Shown: positions 17,219-31,348, counted from the first letter of the stretch. The stretch is DNA of 61,038 bases from an uncultured Oscillospiraceae bacterium (GCA_964600225.1 CAZRIT010000006.1:4132-65169); one strand, 5' to 3'. Notes: a model not told the origin generated them from the sequence alone. Program-made: numbers and translations.

Positions 17219-17304
17219 ACGCTCAATTATACATAGATTCTCCTCTTTGGGCAACCGCGTTTTCATTGTCGGGCGGGCGTTGGGCTGGTATACTGTACCC
17301 ATCT

Positions 17305-18786
17305 ATGGAAGAATGTGGAAAAACGGAAAGCATCAGGAACCCGTTGTTTCACCGCCGCCCGCTGTGCTTGTGCGCGCTGGGCGTGCTTTGCGGCGTCTGG
17401 CTGGGCGTATGGCTGCCCGCAGACGTACGGTACCTGTCGGCATGTATTCTGGCGCTGACCGCGGTGGGGAGCGCGTTGCTTTCACGGCGGCGGGCCGCCG
17501 TGTGCGTGCTGTTTGCCGCCATGGCGCTGCTGCGCACCGCATCGGCGGCGCTGCCCGCGGTTTCGCGCGGGGAGGCCGTGATATCGGGCCGCATTGCCGA
17601 ACTGCCGCAGCAAAGCGGGACGCATTACACCGTGATACTGGACGACGTATCCTATAACGGCGCGCCGCTTGCGGGGCGGCTGCGGCTGATTGCGGAGGAT
17701 ATCCCTTCGCCGCGGTACGGGCAAAGGGTAACGGCGCAGGCGGGGACGTTCCCGCCGTCGGAAGCATTCCTCGCCAACGACCGCTATCGGGGCGTGGTTG
17801 GCACGGCCGTGGTCAGGAAGGGAACCTATGCCGCCACGGGTGCGGAAACGGATCTTTACGGGCGTCTGCTCGCGCTGCGCACGGCCGTCGGGGAACGCGT
17901 GGAGGCGCTGTTTCCGAAAAACGGCGCGGTGGCGCGCAGCATGCTGCTGGGCGACAAAACATCGCTCGATGAGGATGCGCGGCTGGCGTTTGAGCGCGCG
18001 GGGTTGTTGCATCTGTTTGCCGCATCGGGCCTGCATGTATCCATACTGGCGGGCGCGGTGGCGTACCTGTCGCGCGGGCGGGCATGGACAAGGCTTGTCG
18101 TGGTGGGCGTCTTCCTGCTGTTTTATGCCGTGCTCACGGCGTTTTCACCATCGGTGCTGCGTGCGGGCGTGATGCTGATGGTAAGCATGATGGCCATTCC
18201 GCTGCGGCGACGCGCGGATACGCTTAGCGCGCTGGCGCTTTCGGGCATGCTGATACTGGCCGTCAACCCGTTTGCGCTGTTTTATGGCGGGTTTCAGCTT
18301 TCGTTTGTCGCTGTGTACGGGCTGGCGCTGTTGGGGCCGATGCTGCGGCGCGCGTTTCGCGGCCTTGGCAACGCGGCCTCGTCCGTGCTCTCGGCAAACA
18401 TTTCGGCAACGGTGGCGACGGCGCCGTTTGTGTGCGCGTTCTTCGGGCGCATGCCGCTGATAGGCATTGCCGCCAATGCGCTGGTGCTGCCCATGGGCGG
18501 CGCGGCGCTGATACTGACGGCTTCCTGCACGGCGCTTTCATACCTGTTGCCATCGGCTGCGGCGCTCATGGCGCGCGGCGCGGACGCGGTGCTTTCTGCC
18601 GTAGTGGCGGTGGCGCAATGCGGGGGCGCGTTCATTTTGGTGCCCGCGCCAGGCACGGCGGCCAAGCTGTTGTGGCTGGCTGCGATGCTGGCGGGCTCCC
18701 AACTGCTGCTCAGACCGATACGGACACGACAAGTTTGCCTAACTTTTGCTTTCCTGCTTTCTATCCTGTGTTGGGTCGTGATATAA
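17305..18786 (+). CDS. comEC: ComEC/Rec2-family membrane channel protein, short form without a metallo-beta-lactamase domain
   Basis: Polytopic, with the competence-domain motif AGLLHLFAASGLHVSILAG. About 490 aa. The start is uncertain. Confidence 0.8.
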   Translation: MEECGKTESIRNPLFHRRPLCLCALGVLCGVWLGVWLPADVRYLSACILALTAVGSALLSRRRAAVCVLFAAMALLRTASAALPAVSRGEAVISGRIAELPQQSGTHYTVILDDVSYNGAPLAGRLRLIAEDIPSPRYGQRVTAQAGTFPPSEAFLANDRYRGVVGTAVVRKGTYAATGAETDLYGRLLALRTAVGERVEALFPKNGAVARSMLLGDKTSLDEDARLAFERAGLLHLFAASGLHVSILAGAVAYLSRGRAWTRLVVVGVFLLFYAVLTAFSPSVLRAGVMLMVSMMAIPLRRRADTLSALALSGMLILAVNPFALFYGGFQLSFVAVYGLALLGPMLRRAFRGLGNAASSVLSANISATVATAPFVCAFFGRMPLIGIAANALVLPMGGAALILTASCTALSYLLPSAAALMARGADAVLSAVVAVAQCGGAFILVPAPGTAAKLLWLAAMLAGSQLLLRPIRTRQVCLTFAFLLSILCWVVI

Positions 18787-18795
18787 TGACCAAAT

Positions 18796-19770
18796 ATGGA
18801 TGGCATTGCATTCATCAAACAGATCGCGGAGGGTTCCATCGGCGGCGCCTACTGCCTGTGCGGGCAGGAGCCGTATGTGCGCGAGCGCGCGGTGAAGAAG
18901 GTGCTGTCGCTGCTCAACGCGGATTTGAAGGATATGAACGCGCAGGTCTTGACCAACCCCGCGGCCTCGGATGTGATCAACGCGTGCGAAACGCTGCCGC
19001 TGTTTGACCTGCGCCGCGTGGTAATCGTGCGAGAGCTTGCCGCGGACGCAGCCACGGCGCTGGCGGATTATGCGCCAAACGTGCCCGATACGGCGGTGCT
19101 TTTGATTGAGGTGCGCGGCGCGCCCAACACCGCCTCCGCGCTGTACAAGGCGCTCAACAAGGAGGATCGGGTGGTGCTGTGCGAGCCGTTTACGGCGGAT
19201 CGCGCAGCGGACTTTTTGCTCAAGCGCGCGCGGGAGGCGGGTGGAACCATCGATCGCAACGCGGCCCGCATGCTGATTGAACGGCTGGGAACCGACCTGT
19301 CGCAGCTGGAAAACGCGCTCAACCGCCTGATGGGCTTTGTGGGACAGGGCAGCACCGTGGACATTGCCGCGGTGGAAACGTGCGTGGATCCGCCCGTGGA
19401 CGCATCGGTGTTTCGGATACTGGATGCACTGGTTGCGGGCAACAAGCGCGCGGCCATAAGCGAACTGACGGCGCTGGTGCAATCGGGCGCGGATACCTCC
19501 ATGCGGCTGGCGGCGTTCTTCTTCGGCCGCGTCAGGCAGATGCTGACGGCACGGCGCTTGCTCGATGAAAAGCGCGGCGAGCAGGAGATTGTCCGTGCGC
19601 TCGGCGGCAGCGCGTACGCCGCCAAAAAGACCGTGCAAAACGCAAGAAAGTGCACGGCCAAGCAGCTAGCCAACGCCCTGGAGGCGTTGCGGGATGTGGA
19701 CTATTGCCAAAAGCAGGGCGTCATGAAGGACGACGATGCGCTGCTGATGGCTTTGTTAAATAACTTCTAA
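18796..19770 (+). CDS. holA: DNA polymerase III delta subunit
   Basis: 324 aa in the conserved position after comEC, with delta-subunit N-terminal features. Confidence 0.75.
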   Translation: MDGIAFIKQIAEGSIGGAYCLCGQEPYVRERAVKKVLSLLNADLKDMNAQVLTNPAASDVINACETLPLFDLRRVVIVRELAADAATALADYAPNVPDTAVLLIEVRGAPNTASALYKALNKEDRVVLCEPFTADRAADFLLKRAREAGGTIDRNAARMLIERLGTDLSQLENALNRLMGFVGQGSTVDIAAVETCVDPPVDASVFRILDALVAGNKRAAISELTALVQSGADTSMRLAAFFFGRVRQMLTARRLLDEKRGEQEIVRALGGSAYAAKKTVQNARKCTAKQLANALEALRDVDYCQKQGVMKDDDALLMALLNNF

Positions 19771-19787
19771 TCGGAGGAAAAGAAATT

Positions 19788-20072
19788 ATGTTTCGTCATA
19801 TTGTATTTACCCGCTTTGAGAACCCCGCCGAGCAGGTGCCCGTGGCCCGCGAGATGCTGCTCAAGCTGCCCGCCATCATCCCCGAAATCGTGACCATGGA
19901 GGTCGGCGCGGACGAGCTGCACGAGGCCAGGAGTTTCGACATGGCCCTGACGGTGACGTTTAACAAGAAGCAAGACCTGCCCGTCTACGCCAACCATCCC
20001 GAGCATGTGAAGGTACGCGAGTACATCGGCTCCCACGCGCGCGCCTCCGCTGCGGTGGATTACGAATTCTGA
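19788..20072 (+). CDS. Dabb (stress-responsive alpha/beta barrel) domain protein
   Basis: 94 aa, [10 protein letters not shown]...[10 protein letters not shown] pattern. Confidence 0.7.
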   Translation: MFRHIVFTRFENPAEQVPVAREMLLKLPAIIPEIVTMEVGADELHEARSFDMALTVTFNKKQDLPVYANHPEHVKVREYIGSHARASAAVDYEF

Positions 20073-20073
20073 T

Positions 20074-22104
<2,031 letters not shown>

Positions 22105-22173
22105 TCCGCTGCGTGGGCGCATTGGGCGCTACATAACAACAAGTATCAGAAAACATAGGAATTTGGAAAGAAC

Positions 22174-24999
<2,826 letters not shown>

Positions 25000-25015
25000 T
25001 CGCGCGCAAGCGAAA

Positions 25016-25297
25016 GATTCTTCGTCGCTTCGCTCCTCTGAATGACACTTTTCCGTGTCATTCCGAGCGCTAGCGAGGAATCCTTGTTTCCGACAGGGAA
25101 CAACCGTCCTGCGCAAAGCGTCCGCTGCGGCGGGAACAGATTCTTCGTCGCTTCGCTCCTCTGAATGACAGCGGAGAGGCTTCGCTCCTCACTGCGGCCA
25201 CAGCCGCGTGCTCTGCCCCGCGCGCAGGCTGCGGCGGAGCCCGTTATGTCATTCCGAGCAACTCCCCCGCTGTCATTCCGAGCGCTAGCGAGGAATC
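25016..25297. repeat. Cluster of repeat family 1 units (GTCATTCYGAG..GARGAATC) in both orientations
   Basis: Identical 31-mers at 25016..25046 and 25139..25169. Identical 26-mers at 25057..25082 and 25272..25297. Partial copies at 25178..25197 and 25248..25270. Copies at 25016 and 25057 form an inverted pair. Confidence 0.75.
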
Positions 25298-25348
25298 TTG
25301 AAAGCCGCGCTCCCTCGAAGGACAGGGGCGCACCGAAAGGAGGCAACC

Positions 25349-26200
25349 ATGTATACCCGATGGCGATTGTACATATTGGCCCTGTTTTTGATCCTGATTG
25401 TGGCGCTGCTGCTGGGGGTGCGGCTGTTGCGCCGCCGCGGCGTGCGCATCACCCGCTGGCAGGCGACGCTGTTCATCGTGGGCGCGGTGCTGACGGCGGA
25501 AACGTGCGTGATGCTGACGCTCAGCAACTTCAACGCAGGCGTCATCATGCCCGCGTTTTTCGGCGTGCCGATGATGCTTTCGGCGGTGCTGCTGCCAAAG
25601 ATGAAGAAGGGCACCTTCCTGGGCGTGCTCAAATGGATTGTCGTGGGCTGCTACACCGTGGCCGCGCTGATATTCATCGTCTGCGGAAGCCTCATGCTTT
25701 CCGCGCAAAAGGACGCCGACAAGGTGGAGTGCGACGCGTTGATTGTGCTGGGCGCCGCGGTGCACGGCGACAGGGTGACCTGGGTGCTGGAAAACAGGCT
25801 CAACACAGCCAAGGCGTACCTCGACAAGCACCCGAACGCCATCTGCATCGTATCGGGCGGGCAGGGCCCGGGCGAGACGGTGACGGAGGGCTCCGCCATG
25901 AAAAAATATCTGCTCAGTCTCGGCGTGGCGGAAGGCCGCGTCTTTGCCGAGGAAAAGGCCACCAGCACCGTGGAAAATTTCCGATTTGGCAAGGTGATTG
26001 CGGACGCTGCGGTGGGCAAGGACGCCAAGATTGCCTTTGTCACCACCGATTTCCACGTTTATCGCGCAAGCAGGGTGGCGGCGCAGCAGGGCATCGACGC
26101 CGACGGCATCCCCGCGCCCGATGTGTGGTATCTAAAGATCAACAACTTCATGCGTGAGTGCGCGGGCATCTGCGTGTACGCCCTGCAGGGCAAGATTTAG
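25349..26200 (+). CDS. DUF218/YdcF-family membrane protein
   Basis: The ATG at 25349 follows GAAAGGAGG. N-terminal TM helices are followed by the LIVLGAAV...IVSGGQGPGE...TSTVENF...VTTDFHVYRA pattern. Confidence 0.75.
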   Translation: MYTRWRLYILALFLILIVALLLGVRLLRRRGVRITRWQATLFIVGAVLTAETCVMLTLSNFNAGVIMPAFFGVPMMLSAVLLPKMKKGTFLGVLKWIVVGCYTVAALIFIVCGSLMLSAQKDADKVECDALIVLGAAVHGDRVTWVLENRLNTAKAYLDKHPNAICIVSGGQGPGETVTEGSAMKKYLLSLGVAEGRVFAEEKATSTVENFRFGKVIADAAVGKDAKIAFVTTDFHVYRASRVAAQQGIDADGIPAPDVWYLKINNFMRECAGICVYALQGKI

Positions 26201-26216
26201 CCGTATCCGCAAATCG

Positions 26217-26258
26217 ACAGCCGCCGTTATGCACATGCTGAACAGGCGGCTGTTTTTG
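26217..26258 (+). terminator. Probable intrinsic terminator after the DUF218 gene
   Basis: ACAGCCGCC / GGCGGCTGT arms with a 19 nt loop, followed by TTTTT. Confidence 0.5.
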
Positions 26259-26299
26259 CACGGTGTGCCTATGATAAACAGGCATGGCGCGGCTGTCGC

Positions 26300-26782
26300 T
26301 CAATCGCCGCCGACGAGCGCCTCCGGTGCGGCCCGATCGAGCAGCCGATACCCGTCGGCCCGCTTTTCCAACAATCCCTCCGCACTCAGCGCGGACAGGC
26401 AGCGCAGCAGATGCCGATAGCTTGTGCCCATCAGCGCGGCCGTATCGGTCAATCGCTCCCGAAACACCGCGCTCCGCGACGCTTGCAGCAGGTAGCCCGA
26501 CAGGCGGTTTTTGAGCGGATGGAGCATGGAAGCGCCCATGCGGACCCTGTCCATCAGCTTGTTGGCAAGCGCCTGCCCCGGCGCCGTGACAAAGCGGGGA
26601 TTTTCCGCGAGCGAAGCGATGTTGGGCAGAACGGGCAAAGAAACGCATGTAAACGGCGTGACCGCCTGCACCGTGGAAAAGGCCGTCGGGCCTGCGGTCA
26701 GCCATTCCGCATCGCCGAATACCCCCTCCTGCCGGACAGGCGTGCGGCAAGAAAGATCGGCGTCGGATAAACGGGATACCAA
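26300..26782 (-). CDS. Crp/Fnr-family regulator, N-terminally short (possibly truncated)
   Basis: C-terminal HTH (LTDTAALMGTSYRHLLRCLSALSAEGLL) and the tail of a cNMP-binding barrel (GVFGDAEWL). The ORF is at most 160 aa with a TTG start, and the htpG terminator lies directly upstream. Confidence 0.55.
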   Translation of the reverse strand: MVSRLSDADLSCRTPVRQEGVFGDAEWLTAGPTAFSTVQAVTPFTCVSLPVLPNIASLAENPRFVTAPGQALANKLMDRVRMGASMLHPLKNRLSGYLLQASRSAVFRERLTDTAALMGTSYRHLLRCLSALSAEGLLEKRADGYRLLDRAAPEALVGGD

Positions 26783-26790
26783 ACGCTATC

Positions 26791-26829
26791 GCACAACAAC
26801 AGCGGGACGCGATGATACGCGTCCCGCTG
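26791..26829 (-). terminator. Hairpin terminator after htpG
   Basis: 12 bp stem CAGCGGGACGCG/CGCGTCCCGCTG followed on the minus strand by TTGTTGTGC, a weak U-tract. Confidence 0.5.
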
Positions 26830-26850
26830 TGCTGTCGTTATTATGCGCCG

Positions 26851-28731
26851 TTACTTCATCAGCTCGCAGATGCTGTTGCTAAACGCCACGGGGTCCTCGA
26901 TGGGCAAGCCCTCGATCAAAAGCGCCTGGTCGTACAAAAGCTTGGCGTAACGCGCCGTGCGCTCGTCGTTTTCGTCCAGCGCGCCAAGCGTTTCAAACAC
27001 GGGGTGGTTGGGGTTTAGCTCCAGTATGCGCTCGGCCTTGATGCCCTCGCCCGGCATGGGCATGGCGTTGAGCACCTTTTCCATCTCGATGGAGAACGGG
27101 CCGTCGCTGGTCAGGCAGACGGGAGAGCTCTTCAGCCGATCGCTCAGCCGCACCTCCTTGACCAGCCCTTCGAGGGATTTGCCGAGTGCGGACAGCAGCG
27201 ATTTGTGCTGCGCCTGCTTTTGCTCGGTTTCCTTCTTTTCCTCGTCGGTGGCCAGCTCCAGATCGCCGTCGGATACGGATTTGAAGGGCTTTTCCATATA
27301 AGCGTTGAGGATGCGCACGGCAAACTCGTCCACATCGTCCGTCATGCACAGGATATCGTAGCCCTTGTCGCGCACAAGCTCCGTCTGCGGAAGCTTGCGC
27401 GTGCGCTCAATGCTTTCGCCGCAGGCGTAGTAGATATATTTCTGCCCCTCGGGCATGTGCTCGACATACTCCTTGAGGGTGATCAGCTGATCCTCCGCCG
27501 CGGAATGGAACAGCACCAGATCGCTCAAAAAGTCTTTGTTTGCGCCATAGCCCGTGTACAGGCCGTACTTGAGCGTGAGCCCGAAGCTTTCCCAGAAGGC
27601 GTTGTACTTTTCGCGGTCGTTTTCCAGCAGCTTGGCAAGCTCCGCTTTGATCTTCTTTTTCAGGTTCTGGGCGATGGTTTTGAGCTGGCGGTCGTGTTGC
27701 AGCATCTCGCGGGAGATGTTGAGCGACAGATCGGCCGAGTCCACCACGCCCTTGACAAAGCCGAAATAATCGGGCAGCAGGTCCTCGCATCGGTCCATAA
27801 TCATCACGCCGCTGGTGTATAGCTGCAACCCGCGCTGATACTCCTTGGAGAAGAAGTTGAACGGAGGCTTTGCGGGGACGTATAACAGCGCGTTGTAGCT
27901 CACCGCGCCCTCGGCGCTGGTGTGGATGACCAGAAGCGGGTCCTCGTGATCGTGGAATTTGTCCTTATAATAGTTGTTGTACTCCTCGGGCGTGATCTCG
28001 CCGCGCTGCTTTTTCCACAGCGGAATCATGCTGTTGAGCGTTTCGTCCTCGAAATACGTTTCGTACTCGTCCTTGCTGCCCTCCTTCAGCCGCGTGTGCT
28101 CCTTCATCATGCGGATGGGGTAGCGGATATAGTCGGAATACTTTTTTACCAGCGATTCCAGCGTGTATTGGCTGACGAAGCGATCGTAGTTCTCGTCGTC
28201 CGCGTTGTCCTTGATGGTCAGCGTAATCTCCGTGCCTACGGCGGGCTTTTCCGCAGCGGTGATGGTATACCCGTCCTCGCCCGAGGATTCCCACAGCCAC
28301 GCCTCGTCCGAGCCGTACGCGCGGGAAAGCACGCGCACGTTTTTGGCCACCATGAACGCCGAATAGAACCCGACGCCGAACTGCCCGATGATATCCACCT
28401 CATCGCCCGTGTCGTGCTCCTTCTTAAAGGCCAGCGTGCCGCTCTTAGCGATGGTGCCAAGGTTGCTCTCCAGCTCGTCTTTGGTCATGCCCACGCCGTT
28501 GTCGCGGATGATGAGCGTGCGCTTGTCCTTGTCGGGCACGATGCGTATTTCAAAGTCGTCGCGGCTTTTGCCGACGTTGGCGTCCGTCAAAGAGATAAAG
28601 TACAGCTTATCGATGGCGTCGCTGGCGTTGCTGATGAGCTCCCTTAAAAAAATCTCCTTGTGCGTGTAGATGGAGTTGATCATCAGGTCCAGCAGCCGCT
28701 TGGATTCCGCCTTGAATTGCTTTTTTGCCAT
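26851..28731 (-). CDS. htpG: Molecular chaperone HtpG (Hsp90)
   Basis: Start MAKKQFKAES at 28731, with the ELISNASDA and GQFGVGFYS motifs. Confidence 0.95.
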   Translation of the reverse strand: MAKKQFKAESKRLLDLMINSIYTHKEIFLRELISNASDAIDKLYFISLTDANVGKSRDDFEIRIVPDKDKRTLIIRDNGVGMTKDELESNLGTIAKSGTLAFKKEHDTGDEVDIIGQFGVGFYSAFMVAKNVRVLSRAYGSDEAWLWESSGEDGYTITAAEKPAVGTEITLTIKDNADDENYDRFVSQYTLESLVKKYSDYIRYPIRMMKEHTRLKEGSKDEYETYFEDETLNSMIPLWKKQRGEITPEEYNNYYKDKFHDHEDPLLVIHTSAEGAVSYNALLYVPAKPPFNFFSKEYQRGLQLYTSGVMIMDRCEDLLPDYFGFVKGVVDSADLSLNISREMLQHDRQLKTIAQNLKKKIKAELAKLLENDREKYNAFWESFGLTLKYGLYTGYGANKDFLSDLVLFHSAAEDQLITLKEYVEHMPEGQKYIYYACGESIERTRKLPQTELVRDKGYDILCMTDDVDEFAVRILNAYMEKPFKSVSDGDLELATDEEKKETEQKQAQHKSLLSALGKSLEGLVKEVRLSDRLKSSPVCLTSDGPFSIEMEKVLNAMPMPGEGIKAERILELNPNHPVFETLGALDENDERTARYAKLLYDQALLIEGLPIEDPVAFSNSICELMK

Positions 28732-28765
28732 AGATTTTTGCCTCCGTAACCTCATATAGAAAGTG

Positions 28766-28792
28766 TTAGCACTCGTTAATCAAGAGTGCTAA
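28766..28792. promoter_or_regulatory. CIRCE operator (HrcA binding site) TTAGCACTC-N9-GAGTGCTAA
   Basis: Perfect match to the CIRCE consensus, 35 nt upstream of the htpG ATG and 4 nt downstream of a predicted -10. Confidence 0.85.
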
Positions 28793-28796
28793 CAAC

Positions 28797-28825
28797 ATGA
28801 TAGTACCACGATGTCCCAAAAGCAA
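28797..28825 (-). promoter_or_regulatory. Predicted htpG promoter (-35 TTGCTT, 17 nt, -10 TATCAT)
   Basis: Hexamers read on the minus strand just upstream of CIRCE. Confidence 0.4.
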
Positions 28826-28867
28826 GCCGCCCAAGGGCCTGTCTACAACTTTTTCACATTTCTTTCC

Positions 28868-28993
28868 TTTCTTTCTCTTTGAAAAGAGAAAGAAACAAAG
28901 AGAAACTTCCAAACGCTTGAAAGTTTCTCCGAACACCGTTTCAAAACAGTTATGAGTTTCTTTGGGTACCTTTCTTTGTATAAAGAAAGGTAC
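28868..28993. repeat. Three consecutive hairpin repeats of family 2
   Basis: 28868..28895 has TTTCTTTCTCTTT/AAAGAGAAAGAAA arms. 28900..28929 has GAGAAACTT/AAGTTTCTC arms. 28966..28993 has GTACCTTTCTTT/AAAGAAAGGTAC arms, a 12 bp perfect stem. Confidence 0.6.
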
Positions 28994-29007
28994 AATCCCA
29001 TCCCCCG

Positions 29008-29337
29008 TCAGTCCGATAGCTGCAATTCGCTTTTTTCGTTTTTGATTTCCCAGTTGATCAACAGCGTAATGGCGGCGCGCAGCACCACGATGGCGCCGAG
29101 CATGGCCACCTCCGACCAGGAGCGCACGATGCTGGTGCGCAGCACCTCGCCGCCGAGCTTAAAGCTGAGCGCCAGGCTGATGCTTTCGGCCAGCCGCAGC
29201 TTGACGTGCGGGCTGTGCTTAAAGATGCCGATGATGCTTTCAAACGCGCCGTAGACCAGTATCCCCAGCCCGATGGCCTCCAGCAGCAGCACGGCGATCT
29301 CCACCGCGTATTCAAATATCGTGTGTGCAAGTTCCAT
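29008..29337 (-). CDS. DUF1622-family small membrane protein
   Basis: 109 aa with three TM segments and an ESISLALSFKLGGEVLRT pattern. The family call is from memory. Confidence 0.7.
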   Translation of the reverse strand: MELAHTIFEYAVEIAVLLLEAIGLGILVYGAFESIIGIFKHSPHVKLRLAESISLALSFKLGGEVLRTSIVRSWSEVAMLGAIVVLRAAITLLINWEIKNEKSELQLSD

Positions 29338-29503
29338 GCGGACAACCTCCCAAACGGTATGTCCGCATTATATACAAAAATGCGACGAAAAGCAATCGTT
29401 TGCGACGGATTCCGCTTGTGGCGCGCGGCGGTATTTCGTATAATGGAAAAAACGGAAACGGCAGGCTGCGTTTGGAAGCGGTCGGAAAGGACGGAGGCGC
29501 GCG

Positions 29504-31348
29504 ATGGGAATGCGGCCGCTTGGCCCGCGGGGCTATTTGACGGAGGAGGAAAAGCAGGCGGCGCCGAAGGTGACCAAGGCGCTGCTCAAGCGCATTATCG
29601 GGTATCTCAAGCCGTACTGGTGGCGGTTTTTGCTGGTGTTTATTACCATTTTGGTCTCCAGCGTGCTGGGGCTGCTGCCCTCCATCATCACAGGCCGCAT
29701 CGTGGACGAGGCGCTGGTGGGCGAAAACCTGCGCCAGCTCATCATACTGCTGCTGGCGGCGTTTGTGACACTGACGCTTTCGCAGGTGATCGGCGTGCTG
29801 GAAAGCTATATCAATGCATGGATATCCCAGCGCATCGTGTACGATATGAAAAACCAGATGTATCGGCACCTGCAAGGCATGCCGCACGCGTTCTTTACGG
29901 GAGAAAAGCAGGGCGATATCATCACGCGCATGAACAGCGATATCGACGGCGTGGCCAGCGTCATTTCGGGCACGCTGACCAGCGCCGTGTCCAACATCAC
30001 CGTGGTGGCCACCACGCTCATTGCGCTGTTTTCGATGAACTGGCAGCTTGCGCTGGTGGGCATTGTGGTGATTCCGCTGCTGATACTGCCCACCAAGGAG
30101 GCGGGCAAAACCCGCTACGAGCTGTTGAGCAAGGGGCAGGTCAACCGTGATGAAATGAACAGCGTGGTGACCGAAACGCTCTCCGTCAGCGGGTCGCTTT
30201 TGAGCAAGCTCTTTACGCGCGAGGCGGCCGATTACGCGCGGTTTGAGCGCGTCAACCGCGCCGTGACGGACAATGCCCTCAAAGAGCAGCGCAGCGGCAA
30301 GTGGTTTCGGGTACTGATGGGGATGTTTGTGCAGGTGGGGCCGCTTTTGATCTATTTTGCGGGCGGGTTTTTGATCATCAGGCATGTCGATCCCGCGTTG
30401 ACCGTCGGTACGGTAACCGCCACGGTGGCGCTGATCAACCGCCTGTATCGGCCCGTGCAGACGCTGTTCAATTTGCAGGTGGACTTTACGCGTTCGCTTG
30501 CGCTGTTTACGCGTATCTTCGAATACCTCGATCGGGAGAGCTCCATCAAGATGCGCTCCTATGCCATGCGGCCCGATATGGACAACGCCACCGTTACGTT
30601 TACGCATGTGAAATTTTCCTACACGCCCGAGGTTAGCATCCTCAAGGACGTTTCGTTCCGCGTGCCGGGCGGCAAGATGTACGCTATCGTCGGCCCGAGC
30701 GGCTCGGGCAAGTCCACCATCGTCAACCTCATCCCGCGCCTGTACGATGTGGACGCGGGCAGCGTCAAGATCAACGGTGTCGATGTGCGCAGCTTCGACC
30801 TGACGTATCTGCGCCAAAACATCGGCGTGGTCACGCAGGAGGCGTACCTGTTTAACGGCACCATCCGCGACAACCTGCTGTGCGCGCGCGACGGCCTGAC
30901 CGAGCAGCAGATGATCGAGGCCTGCAAAACCGCCAACATCCACGCATTCATTGCCGCGCAGCCGCAGGGCTACGATACCGAGGTCGGCAACCGCGGCCTC
31001 AAGCTTTCGGGCGGGGAAAAGCAGCGCCTGTCGCTGGCGCGCGTTATCCTCAAAGACCCGAAGATCCTGATACTCGACGAGGCGACGAGCGCACTGGATT
31101 CCATCTCCGAAAACGCCATCCAAAACGCGCTGGAGGCCCTGATGCAGGGGCGCACCAGCATCGTCATTGCGCACAGGCTTTCCACGGTGCTGTGCGCGGA
31201 TGAAATACTGGTGGTGTCCAATGGGGTCATTGCCGAGCAGGGCACGCACGACGAGCTGCTGGCGCTGAACGGCATCTATCGGCAGCTGTACGAAACGCAG
31301 TTTGCCAAGATACTGGAGCACACGCACGCGGCAGAGGCGGAGGATTGA
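29504..31348 (+). CDS. ABC exporter, fused permease and ATPase (MsbA/type I exporter-like half transporter)
   Basis: Six-TM N-domain followed by GPSGSGKST, LSGGEKQR and ILILDEATSALD. Confidence 0.9.
   Translation: MGMRPLGPRGYLTEEEKQAAPKVTKALLKRIIGYLKPYWWRFLLVFITILVSSVLGLLPSIITGRIVDEALVGENLRQLIILLLAAFVTLTLSQVIGVLESYINAWISQRIVYDMKNQMYRHLQGMPHAFFTGEKQGDIITRMNSDIDGVASVISGTLTSAVSNITVVATTLIALFSMNWQLALVGIVVIPLLILPTKEAGKTRYELLSKGQVNRDEMNSVVTETLSVSGSLLSKLFTREAADYARFERVNRAVTDNALKEQRSGKWFRVLMGMFVQVGPLLIYFAGGFLIIRHVDPALTVGTVTATVALINRLYRPVQTLFNLQVDFTRSLALFTRIFEYLDRESSIKMRSYAMRPDMDNATVTFTHVKFSYTPEVSILKDVSFRVPGGKMYAIVGPSGSGKSTIVNLIPRLYDVDAGSVKINGVDVRSFDLTYLRQNIGVVTQEAYLFNGTIRDNLLCARDGLTEQQMIEACKTANIHAFIAAQPQGYDTEVGNRGLKLSGGEKQRLSLARVILKDPKILILDEATSALDSISENAIQNALEALMQGRTSIVIAHRLSTVLCADEILVVSNGVIAEQGTHDELLALNGIYRQLYETQFAKILEHTHAAEAED

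Noticed and set aside
25016-25297. CRISPR array
   Set aside because: The repeats occur in both orientations with irregular spacing and partial copies. There are no uniform spacers and no cas genes in the window.
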